Origin: Catajapyx aquilonaris | Lineage: Eukaryota | DNA: 45,358 nucleotides | Assembly: GCA_000934665.2 (NCBI GenBank) | Contig: JYFJ02003263.1 | Span: forward strand, 1 to 45,358 | Reading direction: 5' to 3' | Shown here: positions 12,084 through 23,398 of the stretch, piece after piece | Layout of the letters: every line of letters starts with the position of its first letter | Numbering within the stretch: position 1 is the first letter of the stretch | Made by a program: the position numbers and the translations under genes | The notes under the pieces: generated by a model | Database searches by the model: none | Told to the model about the DNA's origin: nothing | The model's input: the letters and a program-made list of their open reading frames with translations, nothing else

Positions 12084-12721
12084 GCATATAAGCAAATCGT
12101 AGGTGGTATCCGCAACCGGTCCCAAACAAACCTAACCTATGGTCCATAGGTTTGTGTATCCGCTGAGGGACAGGGCTGCATCCGCAAGGAAGGAAGGTTA
12201 GGTTAGTTTGGGACCGGTTGCGGGTACCACCTAGTTAGGTTAGGTTAGGTTAGGTTAGGTTAGTTTGGGACCGGTTGCGGGTACCACCTAGTTAGGTTAG
12301 GTTAGGTTAGGTTAGGTTAGTTTGGGACCGGTTGAGGGTACCACCCAGTCAGGTTAGGTTAGGTTAGGTTAGGTTGGGACCGGTTGTGGGTACCACCTAG
12401 TTAGGTTAGGTTAGGTTAGGTTAGGTTAGTTTGGGACAGGTTGCGGGTACCACCTTGTTAGGTTAGGTTAGGTTAGTTTGGGACCGGTTGCGGGTATCAA
12501 CAGTGCAAAAAGAACTGTCCCAGTCATCCTGACGTGTGGGCTGGCCGCTCGACACACACCATGTAAGTTACATGGTGTGTGTCGAGCGGGCAGCACACAC
12601 ATCAGGATGACTTGGACAATTCTTTTTGAACTGATGACACCACCTAGTCAGGTTAGGTTAGGTTAGGTTAGGTTAGGTAAGTTTGGGATCGGTTGCGGGT
12701 GCCTACGATTTGCTTATATGC
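12084..12721. mobile_element. Mutator-like MITE with an internal array of TTAGG-containing units
   Basis: Perfect 20-bp TIR GCATATAAGCAAATCGTAGG / CCTACGATTTGCTTATATGC that extends imperfectly inward. 9-bp TSD TGTTGGGAG / TGTCGGGAG. About 7 units of TTTGGGACCGGTTGCGGGTACCACCTAG(TTAGG)n. Confidence 0.85.
12501..12633. mobile_element. Small foldback MITE nested in the TTAGG element
   Basis: 133-bp near-complete inverted repeat CAGTGCAAAAAGAA..GTCATCCTGA..GCTCGACACACACCATGTAA / TTACATGGTGTGTGTCGAGC..TCAGGATGAC..TTCTTTTTGAACTG. Confidence 0.85.
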
Positions 12722-15507
12722 TGTCGGGAGGAAGCTTACTGAGTAGTCAGTCGCGTTGCAGCCTAGGTATAATCCTTTATAACGTATCTCGCCAACCGTG
12801 TCAATCCGTGGTCTCCACCACTGTCCACTATTCAAACCTCGGCGTCGGAACCAGAAACCCGCTCACGTGTCATCATCAGATCAAGAGAGTCATCCTCCCC
12901 TCCCTGGTTTCCATGAAGAGTCGTCCCCATGCTTTCACTCCGTCGCAGTTCTAATTAATGCCCCAACAAAGTCAAGGCCCGGATTAAATTCCCCAGGTCT
13001 CCTCTCCACCTGCACTTTATAATTAAAATCGGACGCACCCGTTCATTAACTCGGTTCGGCATGTCCGAATTGCCTGCCTTTCGACGTATGCTCCATGTTT
13101 GTACTTCGGGGGGGACACAAAGACTTGCTCATTACCCGGGGTATAAGACGCTGTCTCCTTCATTAGGTCCATGATAGAGCGATCCTACAAAATACTGACA
13201 ACAGCACATGTCAATATCCCCTTGTATTACGAACCGGACTTAATGGAGCGCGGGATTTTAATACGGGGGTAAATTGAGTTACAAGGACCGGGGTATGATC
13301 TAATTATGACGCTTGAATGGGGAAATAATTAGAGGATGTGAACCGGGGGGTGGAAGAATTAAAAAAATGGGCGATTGGCATATTGGTTCCGGTCAGCAGT
13401 TCAAGACAGATGGGGTTGGACTGTGGGGGCAAAAGGACGCGAGATTTATTTACGATGGCATTTACCGCCATCTTCAGGGAGCGGGGTTGTATTTCAAGGG
13501 TCAGGCTGTTAAAAACTGAGAGGTGACGTTTGTGCTGGTTTGGCCAATCAAAGCGGGGTATGCAAATCACTGGCTGAGACGGGGGAGGGAGGGGGGGGGG
13601 CTTGAAGTGGCTGCGAAATAGAGGGTGTTCCGGATAAATTCCGGGGATGTCTCAGAATTAGCTTTTAGGAGTCACAATGCAATTATTTAGAAAATCACTT
13701 TCAAAATTGCACCATGATAATTTATATTGAAAGTTGTTCAGAATTATTATATGAAAAAGTGAAATTCATAGTCAGTGTGTAAATATCTCCTGAGTTGAAA
13801 ATTTGCAATTTTTAAAATTGGACAAACATCACTAGGAGCTTTTTATAATTTAAATGTACTTTTTTGCTAATAATAAATGGAATTGAGTTTCACGTTGTTC
13901 ACATACACTAACTTATCCGTCCTTGTATGTGTGAGGCTTCCGATTGGCCCCCGTTTTGCACATGCGCAATGGGAGGATGCAGCGCCTCTGGTGGGTGGAA
14001 GGTGGAACCAATTATTCGCTCGTACTTTATAAAATCTATGCTGGTTGAACAATCTGTCAATAACTCGATTTTCGTATATCATCTTTTAATAAATCGTTCC
14101 ATCGTTCCCCTGGACTCGATCTTTTGTGGAAAACCGATCCTAATGACCGGTTGCATCTATTCAGACGGATTAAATCTCCAATTACGTACATAAATACCCA
14201 TAGATATTTCTCCCAATTTTCTTTCATCCAGCCCTTATAATGACCGGAAGGTTCCATTTCCCCCTCCATCATATTTCTAGTTAATCCACATGAACCTGGT
14301 TTGTCCTTACAACCAATTCTATTCAACCATCCATGACCCCCACCAATAACAGCACGCCAAGCACATATCCTCCGTCTCTCCTAAATTTACTGCAGCACAT
14401 AAGCGTTCATTCTGAAGGTACGTTCCCAAAGGAAGTGTGAGCCTAATAAATATCCGGGCCTCCAAAAAGCAATGAATGCCCCCCTCTACTCCCTCTGCTC
14501 CACCTCCCTCTCTCCATAGAGGTTTTCTTTCATACTGACTTATATACGCGTCAAATGGTCCCCCTTATTGCTTGAGGGCGCCATGAAAAGAAGGAATGTC
14601 CCAGCTTTTCAGAGGGTTCTGAGTCCTTGTCGAACGGTCTATAAATAATTAAAAGGACCTTTCTTCCTCCTCCCTCCCTCCCTACCCTATTTCTAGGATC
14701 TAACGACATAGAGCTGGCATTTGCACTTCCGGATCCCTTGGGGTGCTTAATTTTGGAGTAGGCGGATCCACACTTGGAGGAAGTGATAAACACACCAGAT
14801 TTCCATTACGTGTTTCACGGCCTGGTTGGTCCTTACCAAAAAAAAACAGGGGGGGTTTAGCATAAACTGGGCATTTCTATTCAAACAGTACGTCATATTA
14901 GTGGCTACTCGGATACGCCCAGTCGGCAGGTTTACATCCATGTCAATGGGCAACTTGAAGGCGAATGGGTTGCAGGGTGGTCAGGATGTGCAGGAGTTCT
15001 GGGATGGGAAGATGACAAAAATATTCGGAGAATTTTTGATTTTTTTTAGAATTGTTTTAAGTGTCTTCCAACAAGATGTGAGTTCCATTAAATTGAAATA
15101 AATAACAACAATACTGCTTATTTGTTGAATTAATTAATTATTTATTTTGAATACCCCATTATAGGGCTGGGGTCATCTTAGGGGGACACAGCTCCGAGTT
15201 TTGCAGCACAAAGAAAAAAAATAATTAATTATATTTATGGAATTCAGGTATTTTTTGAATCTAGCCGGAATAAATGAATCACCTCATTCATAAGACATTC
15301 TCACTGCAAAATTTAATTTTAACTATTTTTATAGTAAATAGCATGTTTATACTGCGAACCTGGGTAAAAAGTAGTAAAAAATTAAATCAGCAAATAATGA
15401 ACGTGTCACCATAAATATGGCATTAATATCTAGTGGAGTGTAGGAAATAAATTAATAAACATAAATGAATAAATAAATGCATAAATAAATAAGCATATCT
15501 ATATAAA

Positions 15508-15766
15508 TCTATATAAATGAAGCCATTTGGGAGTCTGTATGTCTTTCTGTCTGTCTTTCTCTCTGTCTGTCTGTCCGCCCACCAATGCCATCTGTGGTCC
15601 TACTACAACACCTTCAACCTCTCCCGCCTGTATAACGCCAACCTGCCATCTGTGGTCCACCCCAAGCATCTCCAACCTCTCTGTGCGTGAAAAATTTTAC
15701 GGGGCTACGGGTAGGTGTTATCCCTTCATTCATTTCTTCCCGGGCAACGCCGGGTGCCGCAGCTAG
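15508..15766 (+). mobile_element. Non-autonomous Helitron (same family as 9368, rearranged interior)
   Basis: Starts TCTATATAAATGAAGCC and ends CCCGGGCAACGCCGGGTGCCGCAGCTAG followed by T. Confidence 0.85.
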
Positions 15767-17368
15767 TAAATAAATAAATAAGCAGATAAATAAATTGATG
15801 CATAAACAAAAATAGACACATAAATAGACACATAAATAAACGAGCAAGTACATAGATTAATAAATCAATAAATTAATAAATAATCCGCCAGACATATTCC
15901 AACCGGTGTGGAGAAAATGGTGCTTAATTTAAGTGGAAAAACTATTTACTAAGAATGGGTATGATGGCATTATTTTTCATAATTTGAGCCTAATTACAGC
16001 AACGTTGCGTTGACGCGTTGCTTTGTCGAATGATGGCGTCAAAGCGTGCCATTTTCATTACGTTTTCAAGCGCTTCGTTTGAAGTTTGAAGTCCCGTACA
16101 GGGAACGACAACGTTTCAAAATTACCGCCGACTAACTAGGAATTTAACCTACATTCTGGCCACAAATTTCCATGTGGCTGACAACCCACTTTTTATGTAG
16201 ACACAAAAATGATTCTCCGGTTCCCATGAGTTCCCTTGCATACAACACCATTATAGACAACATTCTACAGCAATTTGCCACTCCGGGGAATCGAACCCAG
16301 CACCACCTTCACCCATCCATCAAAACCCTGATAGTGCCGGATGGGTTGCTCGCACGTAAGGATACAACCAACTCTTCCCAATATTCAACCCCACCCACCG
16401 TGAATGTACTACACGGATAGATCAGCCCTTTTTTCCTTCTTCCTCACTGAATAGAACACGAAAAGGGTGTAATCCATCACAAGCCGACAGTTTGCCCTCG
16501 ATAGCCCTGACGCATGCTGTCCCTTCCCGCTCTTTTTTTTAAAAAAAATATACCCACAAAATGGCCTTATCTCGTGCCCTCTACCATACCTTCCAGATTG
16601 ATCGTTTTTGCACCAGAAGACTTCCCAAACCCTAGAAACTTTTCAATTAGCCGGGTGGATGATGAAAGGAGACGGAATGGTTGACATGGTGGTTTTCCTT
16701 CGTGGGCCAGCTCCTCTTTCAAGCAAGTGAGGTGCGGACTTGAGGCTTCTAGGTCCTACTTCAAAAGCTGAGTCCCCCTCCATATATCAGAGGGGGAAGA
16801 CTAATTCAGACTGAGCTGAAAAGAACTTTATATTTGACTTCCCTTTTGGTACCGGCTTACACGGAATATTAGTCCGGCCGTGCTGTGATGACGCGGGAGG
16901 CAGAGAGGGTGTGTAACTAGGCGAAAGATCCGACTCACGCCTCGGACTAGGACTTAATTGCCTTTCAGACGCGTCATTTTGCTCCCGTCTGCTACAAACG
17001 ACGCCTTTTTGATGTCTACGGGGCACTATTGTGGCTCAAATTGTCTGTTTGGACCATCAGGAGGTTGTAAGGTTTCAATGGGATTGTCTAACAACCGCAC
17101 CGTGAGATGGCACCACTGGAGATGGATGGTTGGTACTGGCGCCATCTTTCGATTGGAGTTTGGTATCATCTGCTAACTTATTACAAGCTAGATTGTTCGT
17201 CACAGTCACAAGTGGCTAATATTCTAAAATTATAATTTAAAATAATGCTTATATTATAAATATATTTTGCGATTCACAAGTCAATTTTAAAATATTGGAA
17301 TTTAATTCATAGATCTTCTTCCTTTTTACTAGCGCTAGTCAAAGGCTCTTTGGCTGTGCCATTATTAT

Positions 17369-17818
17369 GTACTATGGGGCTCAAATTATTTTTGCCACTT
17401 TATCCTGGTCCTGAAGCAACCCTTCGCACAGGCCCCACGTTGAGGAACTGTACCTGTCTTCAGTAAGCTGTGGGACCGGAAGTAGTTGTTTTTACTGTAA
17501 CTGTGGGGACTTTCACTCATCTGTGGGGGCAATTTTCCCCACTTGCGGGGACGTTTACGGTCCCCACAAGAAAATTGCCGGTTTGCTTTTGCAGTAGAGG
17601 GGACAAGTCCCCACTATTTCCAGTTGCAGGATTTTAGAAAAGTCCATTTTTCTCAGCCTAGGTTACGTAGGGTAGGGTAGGTTAGGGTAGGTTAGGTTAG
17701 GTTAGGTTAGGTTAGGTTAGGTTAGTTTACACTAGCTTTGAAAAGCCGCAGGGACGTGTGTGAAGGGTTGCTTCAATACCAGGATAAAGTGTCCAAAAGA
17801 ATTTGAGCCCCATAGTAC
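17369..17818. mobile_element. MITE with about 60-bp TIRs and internal (TTAGG)n
   Basis: GTACTATGGGGCTCAAATT..CACTTTATCCTGGT..TGAAGCAACCCTTC mirrored at 17760-17818. (GGTTA)n at about 17660-17725. Confidence 0.85.
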
Positions 17819-17841
17819 TTCTATTATAAGCGTACTGTACA

Positions 17842-18077
17842 CAGGGTGTTCCAAGTACGTGTGGCCTCTATAATAGTTATTGTTAGGGAAATTTCGCTCA
17901 AAGCTGTTATTTTTTGTAGCTTGTTGTGCACTTTCTATAGCCCTTGCTACATTCGACTACCTGATAGTGCTGAGGCACCTGGATCGGGGGCACAAAAAGC
18001 TACAGAAAAATAACTACTTCGGACAATAACAGTAGGCCCTAATAACAAAAAAAGCCCCACGAACTTGGAACACCCTG
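17842..18077. mobile_element. Tc1/mariner-type MITE
   Basis: TIRs CAGGGTGTTCCAAGT.CGTG / CACGAACTTGGAACACCCTG followed by TA; similar to 6324-6546. Confidence 0.85.
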
Positions 18078-19592
18078 TATACTGACATAAACAAACAAAA
18101 TCAGCAACGCGTAAAGGTGTCTTCACACTAATTTCAGCCGTGACTGAACACAAGATGGGCCACATGAACTTCCAGTTTGTCCCCAACAATACCGGACGTA
18201 CAGTACAGCCCCAACCAAAAGTGCCATCAAGTTAGTCCCACCTCACATCTGGCTAATGGCACCAACCCGCCGGTTACAATGCCCAGAAGTGTAGGAAGGC
18301 GCCTTTTGATCCACACTCCTTACATGTTCACCAATGGTGCAATGAACCAAGGGATGGAAGAAAAAAAGACCTGCACTCTCCAAAAGTGCTTCCTTTGTAA
18401 AACTGCACGCGGAGGAAACTCTTGAAGCACAAAAAAAGAAGAAGAAAATCGCTTCTCCCCAGTTCCCATAATAAATCTGTGATGTACCAAGATCTTCTGG
18501 TCGATCGGAGGTATAGGTTTCTCTTTTGTATGGCCTGAAGGAGGAAGATTCTAGGTTGAGAGGAGGGGGGAAGTCTGCTTCCAAAGTACAGATACCGCTA
18601 TATTCATTGCCAAGTGCCAGATTGGAAAGCATGCAAAGGTAAACCGGCTGATCTCCTTAGCTCGAATGGAAAATAAACACTCGGCAGATTTCTAGGTTCG
18701 GTGGGGAGGAGGGGGTAAGTTCTTCCCCATCTTAGCCCTGGGGTTAGGCAAATCCTTATGGCTTTGCCAGCCACTTCATCAGGAAACGGGGGGGAGAAGA
18801 TGTTTATTCTAAGACCCGCCACCTCCCTCAGCCGCAGATAGTGCAACATCTTGCGGAATTGTTCTGGAATCCCGAGAGGAAGAGAGTTTAATTACACTTT
18901 AAAGGAATTATCAGCCGTTGGAGGTTTGGGACTTCATAATTCAGAGGGAGTTTCCAGAAGGTATCCTTTCAATTGGGATGGGGCTTCGTATTGTACCACT
19001 TCACCCAAACCATAGTCCAAAAGCTAACAATAGTCAAATAACATAAAATGTTTTTGGATATAAATATTGGACAAAACGATTGAAGTGACGGTATCTGGGC
19101 CCAAATAACCCCTAATCCAAAAAAAAAAAACTTTTCAAAAATCATCCTATACTTGGCAGCCCGAGCGGACAAAATCCTTTTCCCTCCCCTCTTCTCCAGG
19201 GTGATAAAATATTCAAAGGACTGAATCGAGGATGAAAATTGTATTCAGTTTATCTATCGGTGTGCTACTCACGTGGCGTTTTCTATATCGCGGGGACAAC
19301 GTGCTCTGCAAGTGTGCCGAGCTTTTCCCAGTGCCAATGACAAGCGGACCTACCCATGGCTAAAGGAAAACCCCCTCTCAACCCCTAGCGGGTTTGGGGA
19401 GATTTTCCAGAATTATGCCACAATATTGGACGAGACCAGTCAGTCGATGTCCACTACAATGGCGAAGCTGGGTAGGATCAATAGTGTCCGACACTACATT
19501 ATTTATTAAGATGGCTTCAAGGGAGGTTCTCATTGTGCTGATTTAAGGCGTTCGCGCAATTCTGCGAGTTCTTTACACTATATAGTGTAAAG

Positions 19593-19839
19593 CAGCCCTC
19601 GGACACTTCCCCTACAATCTTATCTTATCGCCTGCCGGGGCGTTTTGCATGAGAGAGTATGTGGCGACCCTACCGGACTACGCTGCACTAGGCACTATAG
19701 TTCAGCGTAGTCCGGTAGGGTCGCCACATAATAGCGCAATGAAAAGCTGTCTCATGGCGCTCTCAAGTGAGCACTTCATGCAAAACGCCCCGGCAGGCGA
19801 TAAGAGGGAGTGTCCAGACCTTAGGATTCTAAGACCATG
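19593..19839. mobile_element. Foldback non-autonomous element with 8-bp TSD (copy 1)
   Basis: TSD GTGTAAAG on both sides; internal long inverted repeat; inverted homolog at 23039-23398. Confidence 0.85.
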
Positions 19840-22101
19840 GTGTAAAGAATTCACAGCATTCCGAGATTGCCCTCTACAGTAGACAGTGGCGCACATACAC
19901 GACCAGAATCTGAACATGGCGTATCACAGCAGTCACCGTGTCCCTGATTTACCCACGGGATCAAGGCCTAAAAACATGGGTTGGAACACACATCTGCGGG
20001 TAGGGGGACTCCTCCTCTCCCTATAGACGCATTCGACCGCACGCACAGCATCAAGGGATCCAAGCGGCTTCCACTTTAACAAATGGGCCTACCCCCTCCA
20101 CAATTAATAATCTAAAACACGGAACTCTCCAAAGCACCTGCAACGCCTCCTATAAATTACTCCATCCCACCCTCTATCCCAACCCCAACCTTCCCCCCTC
20201 CGACATGTTTCTCGCGAATCCCTATTTTGTTACAGGGGTGCAAAGTGCCATATTTCAGGAGCGGGTATGCTTCGTGCAACGTATGGGGGGGGGGGGAGAG
20301 AGAAATATCCGTAATTGAGAATGGGGGAGGAAGGGAGAAGCGGGGAGGGAATTAGCCTGTCCCGCACACTCATCGCAAGAGTGGTGTTACATAACTTGGT
20401 GTAGACATGTTCGATACATGTAGGTTGCATGACCTCGTCAAACACAATTAGGGTTGGTATTCTCTAGTGGGTTGCACTTTACTTTATCACCTTGTCGTGA
20501 GCCTGGTTGGAGGCTACTAGGATAATCAGTCATGTAGGAGCCTCATATGAGGCTAGGTTTCGCTACCTAAGACTATGCCCAATGATGTGTCGATAACTGG
20601 TTACCGATGCCGGTCAACTGGCTGCAGTGACATTTGGTGGGCCAATTTAATCAGCAAATAAAAGGCAGCAGCCAAATGACCTGCAGCCAATTTGTCCGAT
20701 GATGGTCAATGATGGCAATGATGGACAATGATGGCAATGACAGCCAGATGGTAAAAGTGATGATCAATCCCAGCCAACTTGCGAAAACGGATTGGCAGAA
20801 AATCAGAAGATGGCCTGACAGTCCCATGTTATGCCCTTAATGGATGGACTCATGCAAAGAAGCAATAACACGAGGGGAACGGCGCAAGATGGTGCTGCTA
20901 GGGAGGGAAGAAGAAGAGGAATGGAAATTATTGCCGCGGATTCTCTCCATAATTCCCATAGTCCGTCCAGTGCTTTGGGCAGATATATTGGAGGTACGAA
21001 AGCTCCTAAACTCCACCGAAAGTGATTCGGCCAGACAGAAATGGTTCCCGGTTGTTAACAACTCTTCAGTGAAGAAAACGCCGTGCCTCGGTACAAAATA
21101 AAAACCGTAAAAAAAATTGTTCCAAGTTGGAGGAGGATACGGTCGTGGCCAAGGCGTGATTAATGTTGCCATCAAAAGCTTACACGGAATAGTTGGTTTC
21201 ACGGTTCTCCCCATTTACTCCCCTCCCCGCCATACCCCCACTCCCTACCCAAAAGTTTTTGGGAGTTTCAGTTGCACGCGCTTCATTCTTGAGGCCGGAA
21301 ATTTTCGAACGGTCTGGGCACAGCGATGAAAAACGGTCGTCATCCCCGTCATTTCTGGCGCGCAGGAACTTTGGTCTCGTTACTGTTGCGCCGAATTGTG
21401 GTTGGCCGAAATGTGCCATGCCTAAGTTCCAAATAGGCCTGGCTAGAAGCGTTAACCCTGTTAGCCTAGGCTCACCCCGAATGTCCACTATTTGCTTTTC
21501 CAAAAAAAATGCCAAATATTAATAATATTATTAATAGCAACAATAATAATTCTGCTATTAAAGTTGCCCTGTAGCAATTTGAATTATTATTGCAACAGGA
21601 CTCACAGCATGACCTTACCAATATCCAATCATTGACAGGCCATTTATACATGTAATTAGTATATGCCACACATGCCATTTACACCTGTCACCAGCACATA
21701 CACGTCAACTCTACATGTCACTGTACACAACATGCTATAACTACAAGTACGCATAAAACAAGTTGACAAATTCGGCGAAACTAACTTCGGCGCAGTGCAA
21801 ATTTTCCATCCTTTCCATCCCCCCAACCCTCTTCAAAATGAGGATAATTAGTCCACAGCAGATCGCTGGGGTTCTACTAAATGAAGCCCACTATCAAAAA
21901 TAATTACTCGTTAACGTTCATTTTTCCCTCCCCTCGATGGATGTTGTTCGTGGAGTTTGAGTAATTGAATATGATCCTGATCCCTAAGATGCTGGGGAGG
22001 GGGAGGGGGGGTTATTAGCATCAGAAGAAAATTTCTTCATAAAAGTCAGATGCGACCATGGTTATTTAATGGCCGAATTTGGGAGGACATCACATGTGAT
22101 T

Positions 22102-22294
22102 AATATCACACATATACGCACCTATACGAGAATATCACACATATACGCACCTATACGAGAATATCACACCTATACGCACCTATACGAGAATATCACACCT
22201 ATACGCACCTATACGAGAATATCACACCTATACGCACCTATACGAGAATATCACACCTATACGCACCTATACGAGAATATCACACCTATACGAG
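22102..22294. repeat. Minisatellite, 29-bp unit, about 6.5 copies
   Basis: AATATCACACCTATACGCACCTATACGAG repeated almost perfectly. Confidence 0.95.
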
Positions 22295-23038
22295 ATCGTA
22301 TGTATGCATATTTTTATGCGTATAGTGTACACTTGACATATTTCCATCCTTGCCTTGTCTCTGTCGAGGTAGGCACACAATGCCAAATGGTTTTGACAAA
22401 GGGACAGGAGACACCGGAGCAGCCCTTGAGTCCCCTCCCGAGCCGCCTTCTTCATTAGGAAACTGACGGCCGGGCTACCATGGCCGTGACAGGGAAAAAT
22501 TGCCTGAACGTCTGACCCATCACCTCCATTTATCTTCATAAATTTTGCACAAACCTTCAGACGCTCCTGGTGACAAAGTGGTAGGGGTTTTTAAACATTC
22601 GCAATGGCTGCGTATCCGGGTCTAGCACGTCACATTTGGTCATTCTTGGAGTAGAAATGTTGACCTTTCATGTCACACCTCAGAGGTGAGCTTATTCAAC
22701 AAAACATCATTCCAACACATGTCTATTTAGTTGGACATTTAATTGTACATTGTTCACTGGACATCCCCTGAACTATTTTCTTGAACCAAAGAGCGAACGT
22801 GATTTCTAAGCAATGACAGGTTTGTTTGGAACAGTGCAGAGTGGCCAGCCGCTCCTAATACCAGTTTTGGGTCCATAATTAGTGTCTAATTAACAGCAGA
22901 TGACCTCATATGGGTCAGTTTTTAAATTCATAACTCTTATATACCTCTTGCTATTAAATAAGCATATTTATTGAAATTTCAGAAAATTCCTCTCGACTGT
23001 GGTGCCGCGTAGTGAGCTAACAGCCAAAAGCGTTGGGT

Positions 23039-23398
23039 CATGGTCTTAGAATACTAAGGTCTGGTCACTCCCTCTTATCGCCTGCCGGGGTGTTTCGCAT
23101 TAGGTGCTCACTTGAGAGCGCCACGAGACCTTTCACTGCTGATGTGGCGACCCTACCGGACTACGCTGAACTTTACAGGTACAAAAGGAAGGGCTATATG
23201 CGGGTCCAACCTGGCCGCCTGCGACCGTGTTGGGTCCCCCAATGTAGCACTTCCCTTTTGTAGCTATAAGTTCAGCGTAGTCCTGTAGGGTCGCCACATC
23301 AGCAGTGAAAGGTCTCATGGCACTCTCAGGTGAGCACCTCAAGGAAAACGCTCCGGCAAGCGATAAGATAAGATTGTAGGGGAAGTGTCCGGGGGCTG
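23039..23398. mobile_element. Foldback non-autonomous element with 8-bp TSD (copy 2, inverted relative to copy 1)
   Basis: TSD CGTTGGGT at 23031-23038 and 23399-23406; about 100-bp internal inverted arms. Confidence 0.85.

Larger units (their letters stand above)
9900..13550 (-). pseudogene. Decayed DUF4806-type second gene of an animal EnSpm/CACTA-like transposon
   Basis: N-terminus LEIQPRSL..RVLLPP (13425-13500, cf. VEVVPxxW..CxWPP). C-terminus in ORF 9897-10385: LRLGGFKLGRLI..MA..G..FVISMV..GSKDRRNSG (cf. LxxIGGxx..LA..G..VIxxAV..AKDRxxG). The middle is unrecognisable and interrupted by repeats. Confidence 0.55.
14060..18850 (-). pseudogene. Decayed animal EnSpm/CACTA-like transposase
   Basis: Ordered motifs on the minus strand: LPTEPRNL (~18690, cf. 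LPxDPRTLL); MWPILCSV..PLRVADF (18100-18165, cf. FWPILCxV..PFxVAxF); SFVADGSKMTRLKG (~16960-17003, cf. FICDAPARAFLK); MDYTLFVFYS..YIH (cf. TEFRxFLLY..YxHF); NVVYN (cf. xxYNVH); PFAFK (~14960, cf. AFxFEN). Many stops. Confidence 0.6.

Noticed and set aside
12190..12500. CRISPR-like array or true telomere
   Set aside because: The spacers are just (TTAGG)n, the context is eukaryotic, and the array is enclosed by TIRs and a TSD.
21390..21480. ARPIWNLGMAHFGQ as an Academ AxIxAAAMxxFG motif
   Set aside because: The DNA has recurring GCCGAA units (mirrored by TTCGGC at about 21770) typical of a MITE, so it was not used as evidence.
22069..22458. 129-aa ORF with internal repeats
   Set aside because: Produced by the 29-bp minisatellite.
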